A stretch of 64,000 nucleotides of DNA from Candidatus Berkelbacteria bacterium (GTDB lineage Bacteria > Patescibacteriota > UBA1384 > XYA2-FULL-43-10 > 1-14-0-10-43-13): contig JBAWZC010000001.1 of assembly GCA_037143235.1 (NCBI GenBank), positions 1,132 through 65,131 of the forward strand, in the 5' to 3' direction. Positions 37,979 to 48,461 of the stretch are shown here, piece after piece. A model generated the notes under the pieces. That model worked only from the letters and a program-made list of their open reading frames with translations, did no database searches and had not been told where the DNA came from. The position numbers and the translations under genes are program-made. The stretch's first letter is position 1. Each line of letters opens with the position of its first letter.

Positions 37979-39061
37979 CTATTTTCTTATGCGATCCAAG
38001 ATATCTTGATACGAAATCAGAAACATTAACACTATCAGTATAGCAAATCCTATCAAATGTACGATATTTTCAATTTTTTCATGGACCAGTCTTTTACGAA
38101 ATATTGCTTCGACAATAATAAAAACTGATCTTCCGCCATCCAAAGCTGGAAATGGCAAGATATTTAATATCATCAAATTTAAAGACAACACCGCGATAAA
38201 TCTTGTCAACGAAATGATACCAGCCTGAGCAGCCACACCAGTCATCGAAAAAATCTTGATTGGTCCACCAACTCCGCTGACACCCTCGTGCATAAATATG
38301 CCCTTGATCATGTCGCCGAACAGCTCAAACATCAGCTTCACCGTGACCACTGATTCACGCAGCGACACATAAAAAGCCTGATACCATGGTATTTTCACTT
38401 TGATATTATCGGTCGAAGAAATGCCAAGAGGCGCAGCAGAGTCATTTGATAAAGTCACCGTTTTTTCAAGACTGTCTTTGCCGCGATCAATTATTAAACT
38501 GACTTCTTGGCCAGCATGAGCTCGAGTAAAACTACCAATATCGTCACCAGTCTGAAATACTGTCGTCGCTCCAGCCGCTGAGCCCGAGACAAGTTCGTCG
38601 CCAGCTTTAATGTCAGCACTTTTAGCTATGCCAGCGTCGGCGACCGCGACAACAATTGGCGAATCATAAATCTTCTGACCGGGCAAAGAGTTCGGGTCAG
38701 TCGCTACGGGATAGGTTCCCACCGAAAAACAAATCCAGAGAGCTAGCCAAGCCAGCAAAAAATTCATTGTGACACCAGCCAAACTGATAATCAATCTTTT
38801 CCAAGGCGCCTGATTTTCAAATGCCCTTTTGTCCTTCGAGTGCTCAAGCTCGCCCAACATTTTGACATAACCACCGATCGGAATCGCATTTAGAGAATAA
38901 TTCGTCTCGCCTCTTTTCCATGAAAATATTCTAGGCGGAAAGCCAAAAGCAAACTCTTCGACTTTGACACCAAATGCTTTGGCAGCCAAAAAATGTCCCA
39001 GCTCATGAACCAGAACGAGTATCCCCAAAACAAATATAAAGGCGATAATAGTTAGAAACAT
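37979..39061 (-). CDS. rseP: RIP metalloprotease RseP (site-2 protease, M50) with a PDZ domain
   Basis: HELGHF zinc motif in TM1, a PDZ segment, and LDGG motif in a C-terminal TM. Confidence 0.85.
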   Translation of the reverse strand: MFLTIIAFIFVLGILVLVHELGHFLAAKAFGVKVEEFAFGFPPRIFSWKRGETNYSLNAIPIGGYVKMLGELEHSKDKRAFENQAPWKRLIISLAGVTMNFLLAWLALWICFSVGTYPVATDPNSLPGQKIYDSPIVVAVADAGIAKSADIKAGDELVSGSAAGATTVFQTGDDIGSFTRAHAGQEVSLIIDRGKDSLEKTVTLSNDSAAPLGISSTDNIKVKIPWYQAFYVSLRESVVTVKLMFELFGDMIKGIFMHEGVSGVGGPIKIFSMTGVAAQAGIISLTRFIAVLSLNLMILNILPFPALDGGRSVFIIVEAIFRKRLVHEKIENIVHLIGFAILIVLMFLISYQDILDRIRK

Positions 39062-39180
39062 AATTATAAATTCTTAAATTACTAATTTCCAATTCTTCAA
39101 ATCACAATTTCTAAATTACTAAATTTGAAACGTTAGTGAATTGATTTAGTAATTAGATATTGGAAATTTAGAAATTCTCA

Positions 39181-39738
39181 TTAAATCGTCAGTATTTCTC
39201 TCTCTTTTTCAGCTACGATCTCGTCAACCTTTTTGTTCATCTCAGTAATCGCAGTGTTGAGTTCTTTTTCAGCCCAGTCACGATCATCTTCAGTCGCCTC
39301 TTTGGTTTTAACACCATTCTGGACTTTTCCCCAAACATCACCGCGCACATTGCGCAATGATATTTTAGCTTGATCGCCATATTTCTTGGCCATTTGAACT
39401 ATCTCTTTGCGTCGCTCTTCGGTCATCTGGGGCAAAATAAGTCTGACGCCAACGCCATCATTGATTGGCGACAAACCCAGCTCGGAGTTTCGAATAGCAG
39501 TCTCGATCATCCCGATAACATTTTTATCCCAAGGCTTGATGAAAATTTGCGATGCATCAGGCACAGTCACTGAAGCGATTTCTTTAATCGCCATGTTACT
39601 GCCATAGACCATCACTGAGAGACCATCCAAAATAGCCGGATTGGCGCGGCCAGTACGGATTCTTGAAAGCTCTTCTCGCAAATTTTGCAAGGCCGCTTCC
39701 ATTTTTGGAGTCATCTCTTTGAGCAAATCCTCTACCAT
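39181..39738 (-). CDS. frr: Ribosome recycling factor
   Basis: Canonical RRF sequence; 185 aa. Confidence 0.9.
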   Translation of the reverse strand: MVEDLLKEMTPKMEAALQNLREELSRIRTGRANPAILDGLSVMVYGSNMAIKEIASVTVPDASQIFIKPWDKNVIGMIETAIRNSELGLSPINDGVGVRLILPQMTEERRKEIVQMAKKYGDQAKISLRNVRGDVWGKVQNGVKTKEATEDDRDWAEKELNTAITEMNKKVDEIVAEKEREILTI

Positions 39739-39791
39739 AGAACCTCCTTGTTAATTCGTTTTAGTACCAAATTCTTTCGAAACTATCTGCG

Positions 39792-40385
39792 TTATTCGCC
39801 AATCTGATATCGGACAAATCTAGAAATTACAATTTTCTCACCGATTTTAGCAATCTTTTCATTCAAAAGATCGGTGATAGTCATTTTATCATTTTTCACA
39901 TAGAGCTGATCCATCAAACACAATTCACTATAAAACTTTTGTAATTTGCCATCGACAATCTTGGCAATAATCTCCGCAGGTTTGCCAGAATCCTTCAACT
40001 CCTCAGCAAATTCTGCTTTTCGACTTTCGACTTCAGCGACGGGAATATCTTTTTCACTCAAATATGTCGGATTCATCGCCGCAATATGCAAAGCTACATC
40101 ATGGGCAAACTCTTTAAATTCATCATTTTTAGCCACAAAATCAGTCTCAGCCAAAACTTCGATCAGCACACCGATCTGATTGTTGCTATGAACATAAGAC
40201 TCAATGATACCATTTTTGGTTTCACGGTCGGCTCTTTTTTCACTCTTGGCAACGCCCTTTTTCTTCAAAATTTCCATCGCCCTGGCTTCATCGCCGTCAG
40301 CCTCAACCAAAGCTTTTTTACACTCCATCATCCCGATACCAGTTTTTGCTCTGAGTTCAGCAATTTCTTTTGCAGATACTGTCAT
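39792..40385 (-). CDS. tsf: Elongation factor Ts (short form)
   Basis: N-terminal UBA-like ELRAKTGIGMMECKKAL and EF-Ts core; 197 aa. Confidence 0.85.
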   Translation of the reverse strand: MTVSAKEIAELRAKTGIGMMECKKALVEADGDEARAMEILKKKGVAKSEKRADRETKNGIIESYVHSNNQIGVLIEVLAETDFVAKNDEFKEFAHDVALHIAAMNPTYLSEKDIPVAEVESRKAEFAEELKDSGKPAEIIAKIVDGKLQKFYSELCLMDQLYVKNDKMTITDLLNEKIAKIGEKIVISRFVRYQIGE

Positions 40386-40433
40386 ATAGTTCCCTTCAGA
40401 TTTAATTAATTAGCCGTACAGTAACGAAACAGA

Positions 40434-41135
40434 TTAATTTTTGATCTCTACTCGTGGTTTTGCAGCAATGATCGCTTGAGCGAAAACATTAGCGAACATC
40501 TCGATCGATTTGGTCGCGTCATCATTTGCTGGCACTGGAAAATCAATTTCCTGTGGGTTTGAGTTGGTATCGCAGATCGCGATCAATTCGATGCCCGCAG
40601 TTTTTGCTTCTTTCAAAGCGTTCTTTTCGTCATGAGCACCAAAAAGGATCAACGCATCAGGCTTACGATCGAGTTTTGACAAACCTTCGAGGAATTTATC
40701 ACCTCGAAGAACCTGTTTTCTAAGCTTAGAAATCTCACTTTTTGGCATCTCCAAACTATCAGCATTATCAAGCTCTGCTTTGATCTTTTCGTATTTCTTG
40801 ATCGAAGTTTTCACAGTATTAAAGTTGGTGATTGTGCCACCAAGCCATCGAACATTCACATATGGCATCGCGCAAGCAACAGCCGCTTTTTTCACGATCT
40901 CGCTAGACTGTTTCTTGGTGCCGACAAAAACCACGATCTTACCTTTAGCAATGAGATCAGAAACATGAGCGACCGCTTCTTTTAGTTTTTCTTCGGTCTT
41001 CTCAAGATTAATGATGTGCACACCAGATTTGACCGTAAAGATATACGGCGTCATGCTTGGCTGCCATCTCGAAGTTTTGTGACCGAAATGTGCCCCAGCA
41101 TCGAGCATTTCACGCAGTGTTGGAAGTTTCAACAT
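40434..41135 (-). CDS. rpsB: 30S ribosomal protein S2
   Basis: LLEAGAHFGH-type N-terminus (MLDAGAHFGHKTSRW); 233 aa. Confidence 0.9.
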   Translation of the reverse strand: MLKLPTLREMLDAGAHFGHKTSRWQPSMTPYIFTVKSGVHIINLEKTEEKLKEAVAHVSDLIAKGKIVVFVGTKKQSSEIVKKAAVACAMPYVNVRWLGGTITNFNTVKTSIKKYEKIKAELDNADSLEMPKSEISKLRKQVLRGDKFLEGLSKLDRKPDALILFGAHDEKNALKEAKTAGIELIAICDTNSNPQEIDFPVPANDDATKSIEMFANVFAQAIIAAKPRVEIKN

Positions 41136-41512
41136 AATTTCCTTAATTCCTAATTATAATAAATAATAAATAATAAATATCTAAATTACCAATTTCCAAA
41201 TCAATATTCAAATAATCAAATATTCAATAAATAAATGACTAATTGAATAAATGGTTAAATGACTAAATAACTATTTGAGTCTTCGACACTTCTCTTTTTT
41301 ACCTCACCCATTCGACTGGCTCCGCTATGCGGAGAGAGAATTGAGACGAATGTGACGATTCCCCCTTGAAAATCATTACTTGATTACACTACCACAGTCT
41401 TGATTTATTATCAAGTAAGTGATACTATTGTTCTAGTTGATTGGGAATCACCCATCAACATATTTATTTTTTATATTCATTTGTATTAATTTAGGCTCAG
41501 CCAAACAAAATT

Positions 41513-41806
41513 ATGAAATCAATCCACCCAGCTTATCACGCCAAAACAACTATCACCTGCGCCTGCGGTGCTTCTTTTCCAGTTGGATCGACCAGAGACG
41601 ATCTCCATGTTGATGTTTGCTCTGCCTGCCACCCTTTCTATACTGGCAAAAAGAAATTGCTTGATACTGCCGGACGAGTTGATAAATTCAGAGCCAGAGT
41701 TGAAACTTCCAAGAAACTACAGGAAGCCATCGCCATCAAAAACGCCAACAAAAAAGTTGAGCCTGAAGTCGAAGCTGTATCTGAAGAGACCACTGAAGCC
41801 AAATAG
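41513..41806 (+). CDS. rpmE: 50S ribosomal protein L31 with a C-terminal KE-rich extension
   Basis: MKSIHPAYH...CxC...[11 protein letters not shown] zinc-ribbon L31 signature. An intrinsic terminator follows at about 41826-41872. Confidence 0.85.
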   Translation: MKSIHPAYHAKTTITCACGASFPVGSTRDDLHVDVCSACHPFYTGKKKLLDTAGRVDKFRARVETSKKLQEAIAIKNANKKVEPEVEAVSEETTEAK

Positions 41807-41928
41807 CTTTTCTATATATGAAAATCGGCCAAAGTTCGATATAATTCGAACGAAGCCGATTTTTTAGTTATATGATCGATGGAACAGTAAACTGGTTATT
41901 GCATCTTAGTTGATAAAGCAGAAGGACG

Positions 41929-42999
41929 ATGATGAATACAGAAAAATTAAATAAAATACTAGCCAACTATGCCGAAATGGAGCGCAAACTTCACGATCCG
42001 GCACTTTTGACGAACCAAAACGAGACCATCAAGATTGCCAAAGAAAAAAGTGCCTTGGATGATGTCGTCACCCTGATCAAACAATATTTCTCAGTTGTCG
42101 AACTAATCACCGAAAGCCAAGAAATTATGGCCGGCGATGATGAAGAACTAAAAGAAATTGCCTGCGAAGAAGCATCGCAAAACGAGAGCCGCAAAACGGA
42201 GCTCGAAAAACTACTCGAAGTTGCCCTCTTGCCCCGTGATCCAAACGATTCTAAAAATGTAGTCGTCGAAATCAGGCCAGGAGCTGGTGGTGACGAAGCT
42301 GAGCTTTTTGCAGCTGAACTCTTTCGTGCTTATACACGATATGCGGAAAAACAGAAATGGCGTGTCGACCTAATCGATTCACAAACAACGGGTATCGGCG
42401 GTATCAAGTCATTGGTCTTCGATATTTCTGGCGACCGCGTCTATGCCAAGATGAAATATGAATCTGGCGTACATCGAGTTCAACGAGTACCAGAGACCGA
42501 AAAGCAGGGACGCGTTCATACCTCAACTATTACCGTCGCTGTACTACCAGAAGCGACTGAGAACGAAATCGATATCAAACCAGAAGATCTACGTCTTGAT
42601 ACCTTCTGTTCTGGCGGTGCTGGTGGCCAATCTGTCAACACGACCTACTCAGCAGTCAGGATTACCCACCTGCCGACCAATACTGTTGTTCAGTGTCAGG
42701 ACGAACGCAGCCAGTTGAAAAACAAAGAAAAAGCCATGGGTGTTCTACGCTCCAGACTACTCGCACTTCAGGAAGAAAAGATCAACAAAGAACGCAAAGA
42801 TCTACGCGGTAGTCAGATCGGCAGTGGTGATCGATCTGAAAAAATTCGAACATACAATTTTCCGCAAGACCGTATTACCGATCATCGAATCAATATGTCC
42901 TGGCACGGCCTACCAACCATCATGAGCGGCGAACTTGACGAAATCATTACTGCACTAATGACCGAAGACCAAACCAGAAAGCTGGCCAGTACCGATTAA
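41929..42999 (+). CDS. prfA: Peptide chain release factor 1
   Basis: GGQ motif ([10 protein letters not shown]) and RF1-type P-x-T tripeptide (PET) in domain 2; 356 aa. Confidence 0.9.
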   Translation: MMNTEKLNKILANYAEMERKLHDPALLTNQNETIKIAKEKSALDDVVTLIKQYFSVVELITESQEIMAGDDEELKEIACEEASQNESRKTELEKLLEVALLPRDPNDSKNVVVEIRPGAGGDEAELFAAELFRAYTRYAEKQKWRVDLIDSQTTGIGGIKSLVFDISGDRVYAKMKYESGVHRVQRVPETEKQGRVHTSTITVAVLPEATENEIDIKPEDLRLDTFCSGGAGGQSVNTTYSAVRITHLPTNTVVQCQDERSQLKNKEKAMGVLRSRLLALQEEKINKERKDLRGSQIGSGDRSEKIRTYNFPQDRITDHRINMSWHGLPTIMSGELDEIITALMTEDQTRKLASTD

Positions 43000-43126
43000 T
43001 AAATAACCAAGCACCAAGATACAAATCCCAGAAAAATTCTAAATTCCAACAACCAATTTCTAAATAATATTTGAATTTTGAAGATTGGATATTTACTGTT
43101 TATTATCTCTTGATTTATTGTACCTT

Positions 43127-44020
43127 ATGTCAAAAACCTTAAAATCCCTCTTGTCCGAATCAAAGCTACAGCTTGACGGAACATCTTCTTCGCCTTCGCT
43201 CGATGCTGAGGTTTTAATTTGTCATGCGCTCAATATCGCCAAGAAAGACCTGATACTTCAGGCAGATCAAAATTTAACTGCCAAAAAAATTGCTAAAATT
43301 GAAGATCTAATACACCGCCGAAAAAATGGCGAACCTATTGCTTATATTTTGAAACAAAAAGAATTTTATGGCTTGAATTTTATTGTCTCCCCTGCCGTCT
43401 TAATTCCGAGGCCAGAGAGTGAATGGCTGATCGAGACGGCACTCGACAAAATACAACAGGCAGCACGCAAAAAACAATTGGAAAATTGCAAGACATGTTT
43501 CACTCTCCGTGTTCTCGATCTCGGCACTGGCTCTGGCTGCTTAGGTATCTCTTTAATAAATGAATCCAAAAAACTGTCTCCTGTTTTTTGTAATCTGTTA
43601 TCTGAATATTGCGCCTCCGACGTCTCTCCTGTCGCGCTAAATGTTGCTCGAAAAAATGCGAAGATTCACCAGATTAAAAATATCAAATTCATCCACTCAG
43701 ACTTATTCTCAAATCGTTTCCTCCACAAAAAATTCGATCTAATTATCGCCAATCTGCCCTATGTCCCCAAAGATCTAAAAACTATGGACGAACTCAGATA
43801 CGAGCCGTCAGGGGCAATATTTGCCGACGACAACGGCTCCGACATCATCAAGAAATTTCTTGACCAAGTCCCAAACTATTTATCGAACAACAGCACCATC
43901 CTGATCGAACTCGACCCCAGAAATGCACAGGAAGTTCAACGCTATGCAAAAAAAATATTTAAAAATGTTGAGCTGACGAAAGACCTCGCCGGTCTCGATC
44001 GATATCTTACAATAAGCTAG
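43127..44020 (+). CDS. prmC: Release-factor glutamine N5-methyltransferase (PrmC/HemK-like)
   Basis: SAM-binding VLDLGTGSGC and a catalytic NLPY variant of NPPY; immediately downstream of prfA. The track start at 43085 is TTG; first ATG is at 43127. Confidence 0.7.
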   Translation: MSKTLKSLLSESKLQLDGTSSSPSLDAEVLICHALNIAKKDLILQADQNLTAKKIAKIEDLIHRRKNGEPIAYILKQKEFYGLNFIVSPAVLIPRPESEWLIETALDKIQQAARKKQLENCKTCFTLRVLDLGTGSGCLGISLINESKKLSPVFCNLLSEYCASDVSPVALNVARKNAKIHQIKNIKFIHSDLFSNRFLHKKFDLIIANLPYVPKDLKTMDELRYEPSGAIFADDNGSDIIKKFLDQVPNYLSNNSTILIELDPRNAQEVQRYAKKIFKNVELTKDLAGLDRYLTIS

Positions 44021-44198
44021 TAAGTCAATAAGTGTTTGGGGCAGCAATAGTTACGTGCATGCCATTTATTTCGTCAGGGTGTTTCCAAGGTATTGAAACA
44101 TAACAAACTGATAGACAAAATATCGAATATATGATAAAGTATTGACCAAATGCGGCAATAATGCCAATTTTCGCACAACCATGAAAAGGAGGCTTCTC

Positions 44199-44903
44199 AT
44201 GGGAAAACAAACAGTCAACATAGGAGCAAACATAGAATGTTTCCAGGAAGTGGGATTTAGCGCCTTTTTTAGGGGAACGCTTCGGGATTCCAGAGTGGCA
44301 CTTTTAAATGCCGAAAAAGCAGAAATGGATTTCTTGCTCGTTTCAGCTGCGAAAGGAATGCCCGCAGTCAATAGGGCTAGAACGCCCTGGGTATTCTGGG
44401 AAAGCACACCAGACAAAAAAGGTGCAGCGCCCCTGCCACAGATAGCAGGCTACAAATTAGCCGAGATATCATGGGCGATGAATTCAAAAATGAACTTCAT
44501 CGACACAAGATGGCGAAAGAACGGACTCGTTAGATTGCCTGCGTCAGAAATTACAGACCAAGCTTTGCTCAGTAGATATCTGGACTGCGACTATCCGAAT
44601 GTCGTTATCGACAGCTACGAACTGATGACAGCGTGCGAGAGTAAAGAAATTGTGTTCGAAACAACGGAATTATTGGCACCATTATTGGCACCCGTGTTCA
44701 TCTTGAACATGCGCCCAACAGAAAACCACGATCCGTGCTTCCGTCACTTCCACGTTCTGAACAGGTGGGCAAGCATAACCAGCGACCTTGACGAACGCTG
44801 GATTATCGTTGAGAATGTGATCGAAAGCACACCGCCAGGAACTATCGCCGAAGAATTCTCTCGGTTGAAAGGTTGGATCAAACAAGTATTCAAAACAGAA
44901 TAA
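44199..44903 (+). CDS. Hypothetical protein (234 aa), GC-richer than its surroundings
   Basis: Strong SD-like AAAGGAGG 6 nt before ATG 44199 (the TTG track start at 44142 is unsupported); no domains recognised. Confidence 0.5.
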   Translation: MGKQTVNIGANIECFQEVGFSAFFRGTLRDSRVALLNAEKAEMDFLLVSAAKGMPAVNRARTPWVFWESTPDKKGAAPLPQIAGYKLAEISWAMNSKMNFIDTRWRKNGLVRLPASEITDQALLSRYLDCDYPNVVIDSYELMTACESKEIVFETTELLAPLLAPVFILNMRPTENHDPCFRHFHVLNRWASITSDLDERWIIVENVIESTPPGTIAEEFSRLKGWIKQVFKTE

Positions 44904-44970
44904 CTAGACCGAAAGAGCGCTGTCATTCGTGACGGCGCTCTTCTCATATAAAATCAACAATTTTACGATC

Positions 44971-46167
44971 CTATTTGCTCTCTTCGAGTTTCACCTTAAC
45001 TGTCTTTTCCACCCCTTTGGACAAGACTTTGAGAGTGATTTCGTCGCCAACATTGTATTTCTGAACCAAGGAGATCAGTGAATTATTTTCATCGATCTTC
45101 GTACCATTGATCTCAGTAACAATGTCGTTTTCGACAATCCCTGCCTTGTCCGCTGGCGAGCCAGGCACGACCGCGGCTTCAAAAACTGTACTACCATTTT
45201 TCACCCAAGCACCCGCCGATACCGGCAGACCGTATTTATCCGAAATTACTTTTGAAAGCTCGACATATCGAACACCCAGATATGGACGAATGATCCGACC
45301 ACTCGTCCTGATGCTATCAATCGCCTTCTTGGCATCATTGATCGGGATGGCAAAACCAATACCCTGAGCCCCACTGGCAGTCGCCGTATTGATACCAACA
45401 ACCTGTCCGGCCAGATTGACCAGCGGCCCGCCAGAATTTCCAGGGTTAATCGCTGCATCAGTTTGCAACAGATTGGTCAAAGCTTCAGAACTGCTGCCAG
45501 CAGAGTCAGAGGCCGTAATGCTACGATTTTTTGCCGAAACGACGCCCGCTGTCACAGTATTTTGAAATTGACCAAGCGCATTACCAACCGCGATAACCCA
45601 CTGACCAACCTTCAATTGATCAGAGTCGCCAAGCTCGACAACTGGCAGATTGCGCGCGTCAATTTTTAGCACAGCCAGATCGCTAAAAGTATCTTGCGAC
45701 TGAACCTTAGCATCATAAGTCTTGCCATCAGAAGTTACGACAGTATATGCAGCAGTCAGATCAGCTGCCACGTGTTTGTTGGTCAAGATCAAACCATCAG
45801 AGGTAATGATAAAGCCCGTCCCTGCTCCGGTCGACTGGACCGTCTGGCCAAAAATATCTGTCGACTGACTTTTCAACAAGATCGAGACAACAGAAGGTGA
45901 AATTTTGTTAGTCGTATCGATAATCGCATTTGATTCTTCGACCACAATCTTCTCCGTCTTGGTCGTCGGGATAGAAATCTTCGAAGTATCGATGCCAAGC
46001 TTTTTGGCCAGAGTATTGTCTTTAGCTGAAAGTAGCAAGATACCTCCCACGCCTCCAACTGCTCCAAAGAATAACAATGAGACCACGATCAAAACACCGC
46101 CAACTACGCTGACGATACTTTTCTTTTTTTGCATCTGACTGATCGAAGTATCTTCAAATTCCTTCAT
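44971..46167 (-). CDS. htrA: HtrA/DegP-family serine protease with N-terminal TM anchor and C-terminal PDZ
   Basis: Trypsin-like catalytic triad context (TNKHV, DLAVLKI, GNSGGPL) plus a PDZ domain. Confidence 0.85.
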   Translation of the reverse strand: MKEFEDTSISQMQKKKSIVSVVGGVLIVVSLLFFGAVGGVGGILLLSAKDNTLAKKLGIDTSKISIPTTKTEKIVVEESNAIIDTTNKISPSVVSILLKSQSTDIFGQTVQSTGAGTGFIITSDGLILTNKHVAADLTAAYTVVTSDGKTYDAKVQSQDTFSDLAVLKIDARNLPVVELGDSDQLKVGQWVIAVGNALGQFQNTVTAGVVSAKNRSITASDSAGSSSEALTNLLQTDAAINPGNSGGPLVNLAGQVVGINTATASGAQGIGFAIPINDAKKAIDSIRTSGRIIRPYLGVRYVELSKVISDKYGLPVSAGAWVKNGSTVFEAAVVPGSPADKAGIVENDIVTEINGTKIDENNSLISLVQKYNVGDEITLKVLSKGVEKTVKVKLEESK

Positions 46168-46194
46168 ACGCTCCTTTTATTTAGATATTTTGTT

Positions 46195-46446
46195 TTATTT
46201 TTTCTCTATCGCACTACCAAGCATTTTGCCCAGAAAATATGTCACCGCCACCGCTATCGTCGTCACGATCAACGCATAAATAAGCTTTGACACTAAACCG
46301 TTGCTACCGAGGGGAATAATCTCTTTCAAGAAAGTCTGAATCGCATCATTCCACACCAGTGCGGCAACCAGACCAAAACCAGCCGTAGAGAGCGACAACA
46401 TTGATTTGATCAACTCCTCGCGGATGCTTTTTTTATCCTCTTTCAT
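46195..46446 (-). CDS. Small hypothetical membrane protein (83 aa)
   Basis: Two TM helices; overlaps the gatB start by 4 nt. Confidence 0.4.
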   Translation of the reverse strand: MKEDKKSIREELIKSMLSLSTAGFGLVAALVWNDAIQTFLKEIIPLGSNGLVSKLIYALIVTTIAVAVTYFLGKMLGSAIEKK

Positions 46447-47840
46447 AATTTTTCCTTTAATATTGTATTGATAACTTGTGGACTCGCCTTCCCGGCTGCC
46501 TTCTTCATGACCTGACCAACGAAAAAACCATAGAGAGCTGTTTTGCCAGCTTTATAGGCGGTTAACTCAGTCTGATTTTCTGCAAGCACCTGATCAACAA
46601 TGGCTTCAATCGCCGTATTGTCCGACACAAACCCACCGCCAGACTCTGCTAATGCTTCCGTAAAGGTTTTTCCGCCCTGAACAATCTTATCTGACAGCCG
46701 TGACAATAGTTGTTTATCAATCTTTTTCTCGATCATGGCGTTCAGAGCGTTGCTTAATTCCAATAAAATCTCTTGGTCAACCGTTTTCAATGAACCAAAA
46801 TAATTCTGGACAATCGCTCGAGCTAAAACAGCGTGGTCAGCTACAGTTCCTCTCATCGCTTCGAACTGCGTCAATTTCGTCCTATCGTTGGCCAATACCT
46901 TCGCCTCAGATTCGCCGACTCCAAGATCAACAAATGATTTGACCAGATCTTGAACACTCAAAGAAACTTCATTTTTCAATTTATCCAGATCAAAAACAGA
47001 ACTATCAAATGGCGGCAGGTCTGGTTCTGGAAAATAACGATAATCAGCCGAGCCCTCTTTCTTGCGCTGTAAATAGATTTTATCCTCGAGACTATCATAA
47101 CCCCAAGTTTCTTTGGTCAATTTCTCCGGCCATGACTGATATTCTTTGCGCAGCATTATCTCTGCTCGACCCAGGGCTTTTTCAACAAATTTGAAAGAAT
47201 TTATATTCTTAATTTCAATTATCTGCGACATTTTCTCACCATCGGCAACCGAAATATTGGCGTCACAACGCAGGTGTCCCTTTTCCATACTCGCCTCCGA
47301 GACCGCCACCTCATCACGAACAATTTTTTGCAACTTACGCAAAAAAGTGCCCGCCATCTCTGGCGATGTGATGTCTGGTTCAGTCACGATCTCCATCAAA
47401 GGAGTCCCTGCTCTATTTAGATCGACAAAACTTTTGTTACCACGATGAATTAACTTGCCAGCATCCTCTTCCAGGTGGACCCTATTTATCCTTACAACAA
47501 TATCGTCGTCGCCAATTTCCACTGCCCCACCGATCGCAAATGGCTCATCATATTGTGAAATTTGATAACCCTTGGGCAGATCTGGATAAAAATAATGTTT
47601 ACGATCAAACTTAGCAATCTTGGGGATCTGGCACCCCAACCTCAAACCAGTCTTGATCGTCCACTCAATTGCCTGTTTATTAGCCACCGGCAAAGCTCCT
47701 GGCATCGCTAGACAGACAGGACAAACGACTGTATTGGGCGCTTTGCCTTCGGAATTATTATCACAACGACAAAACATCTTACTCGCCGTCTTTAGCTGCA
47801 CATGTATCTCCAACCCGATTGTAGTTTTCAAATTATCCAT
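46443..47840 (-). CDS. gatB: Asp/Glu-tRNA(Asn/Gln) amidotransferase subunit B
   Basis: GLEIHVQL...CRCD...CPVCL signature N-terminus; 465 aa. Confidence 0.9.
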   Translation of the reverse strand: MDNLKTTIGLEIHVQLKTASKMFCRCDNNSEGKAPNTVVCPVCLAMPGALPVANKQAIEWTIKTGLRLGCQIPKIAKFDRKHYFYPDLPKGYQISQYDEPFAIGGAVEIGDDDIVVRINRVHLEEDAGKLIHRGNKSFVDLNRAGTPLMEIVTEPDITSPEMAGTFLRKLQKIVRDEVAVSEASMEKGHLRCDANISVADGEKMSQIIEIKNINSFKFVEKALGRAEIMLRKEYQSWPEKLTKETWGYDSLEDKIYLQRKKEGSADYRYFPEPDLPPFDSSVFDLDKLKNEVSLSVQDLVKSFVDLGVGESEAKVLANDRTKLTQFEAMRGTVADHAVLARAIVQNYFGSLKTVDQEILLELSNALNAMIEKKIDKQLLSRLSDKIVQGGKTFTEALAESGGGFVSDNTAIEAIVDQVLAENQTELTAYKAGKTALYGFFVGQVMKKAAGKASPQVINTILKEKL

Positions 47841-47906
47841 TTAGTTTTCTTTCGGTACGGAAACTAGCGTATTTTATCTCATTTGGTTGTTCGCCTGATT
47901 CTGACA

Positions 47907-48356
47907 TCATCTCTTCGTATACTCCAATAATTTCCCTGTCGCTTCGCGCAACTCTCTGTTTGAAATTCTTAGCTCATTTTCATGCGCAATCTGATTTCTG
48001 ACCTTATGGCCTTCCCACAAATCATTGTAAATATTTTTGCTGAGATCAGCCTGAGAATTTCGCAGGCGATCAGCGAATGTTTCACCCTGATAACCCTTCA
48101 ATTTTAGCACAAAATCAACCAATTTATCAGCCTCCAAAACAGCATGATTTAGCTCGATCAAACTCTCGCTTGTCAGGATTTTCTCTATTTCAACTCGCTT
48201 ATTGAAAATATAGGCGCGATCATCAGCCGATACTCCAGCTCTCTTTTTAAACCCACCAAAAGGAAGCATGATCAACCGCCAGATCAACTTGAAAAAACCC
48301 ACGACAATCGTCGTAATAATATCTGGCTGTTGTTGTTTTTTGTAATTCTTACTCAT
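47907..48356 (-). CDS. Hypothetical protein with N-terminal TM segment and a C-terminal HEPN-like R-x4-H motif (KVRNQIAHE)
   Basis: RNQIAH resembles the Rx4-6H catalytic motif of HEPN/Abi-type domains. The call is weak (motif only). Confidence 0.35.
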   Translation of the reverse strand: MSKNYKKQQQPDIITTIVVGFFKLIWRLIMLPFGGFKKRAGVSADDRAYIFNKRVEIEKILTSESLIELNHAVLEADKLVDFVLKLKGYQGETFADRLRNSQADLSKNIYNDLWEGHKVRNQIAHENELRISNRELREATGKLLEYTKR

Positions 48357-48461
48357 AATTTCTGCTTCCTGTTTTCTGTTTTCAACCTGCCCCGCGCAGC
48401 CTTGGCGAAGTGGAATTTTCTGACTCCTGGCTCTTAGCTCTCAGCTCCTACTTCCAGACTC

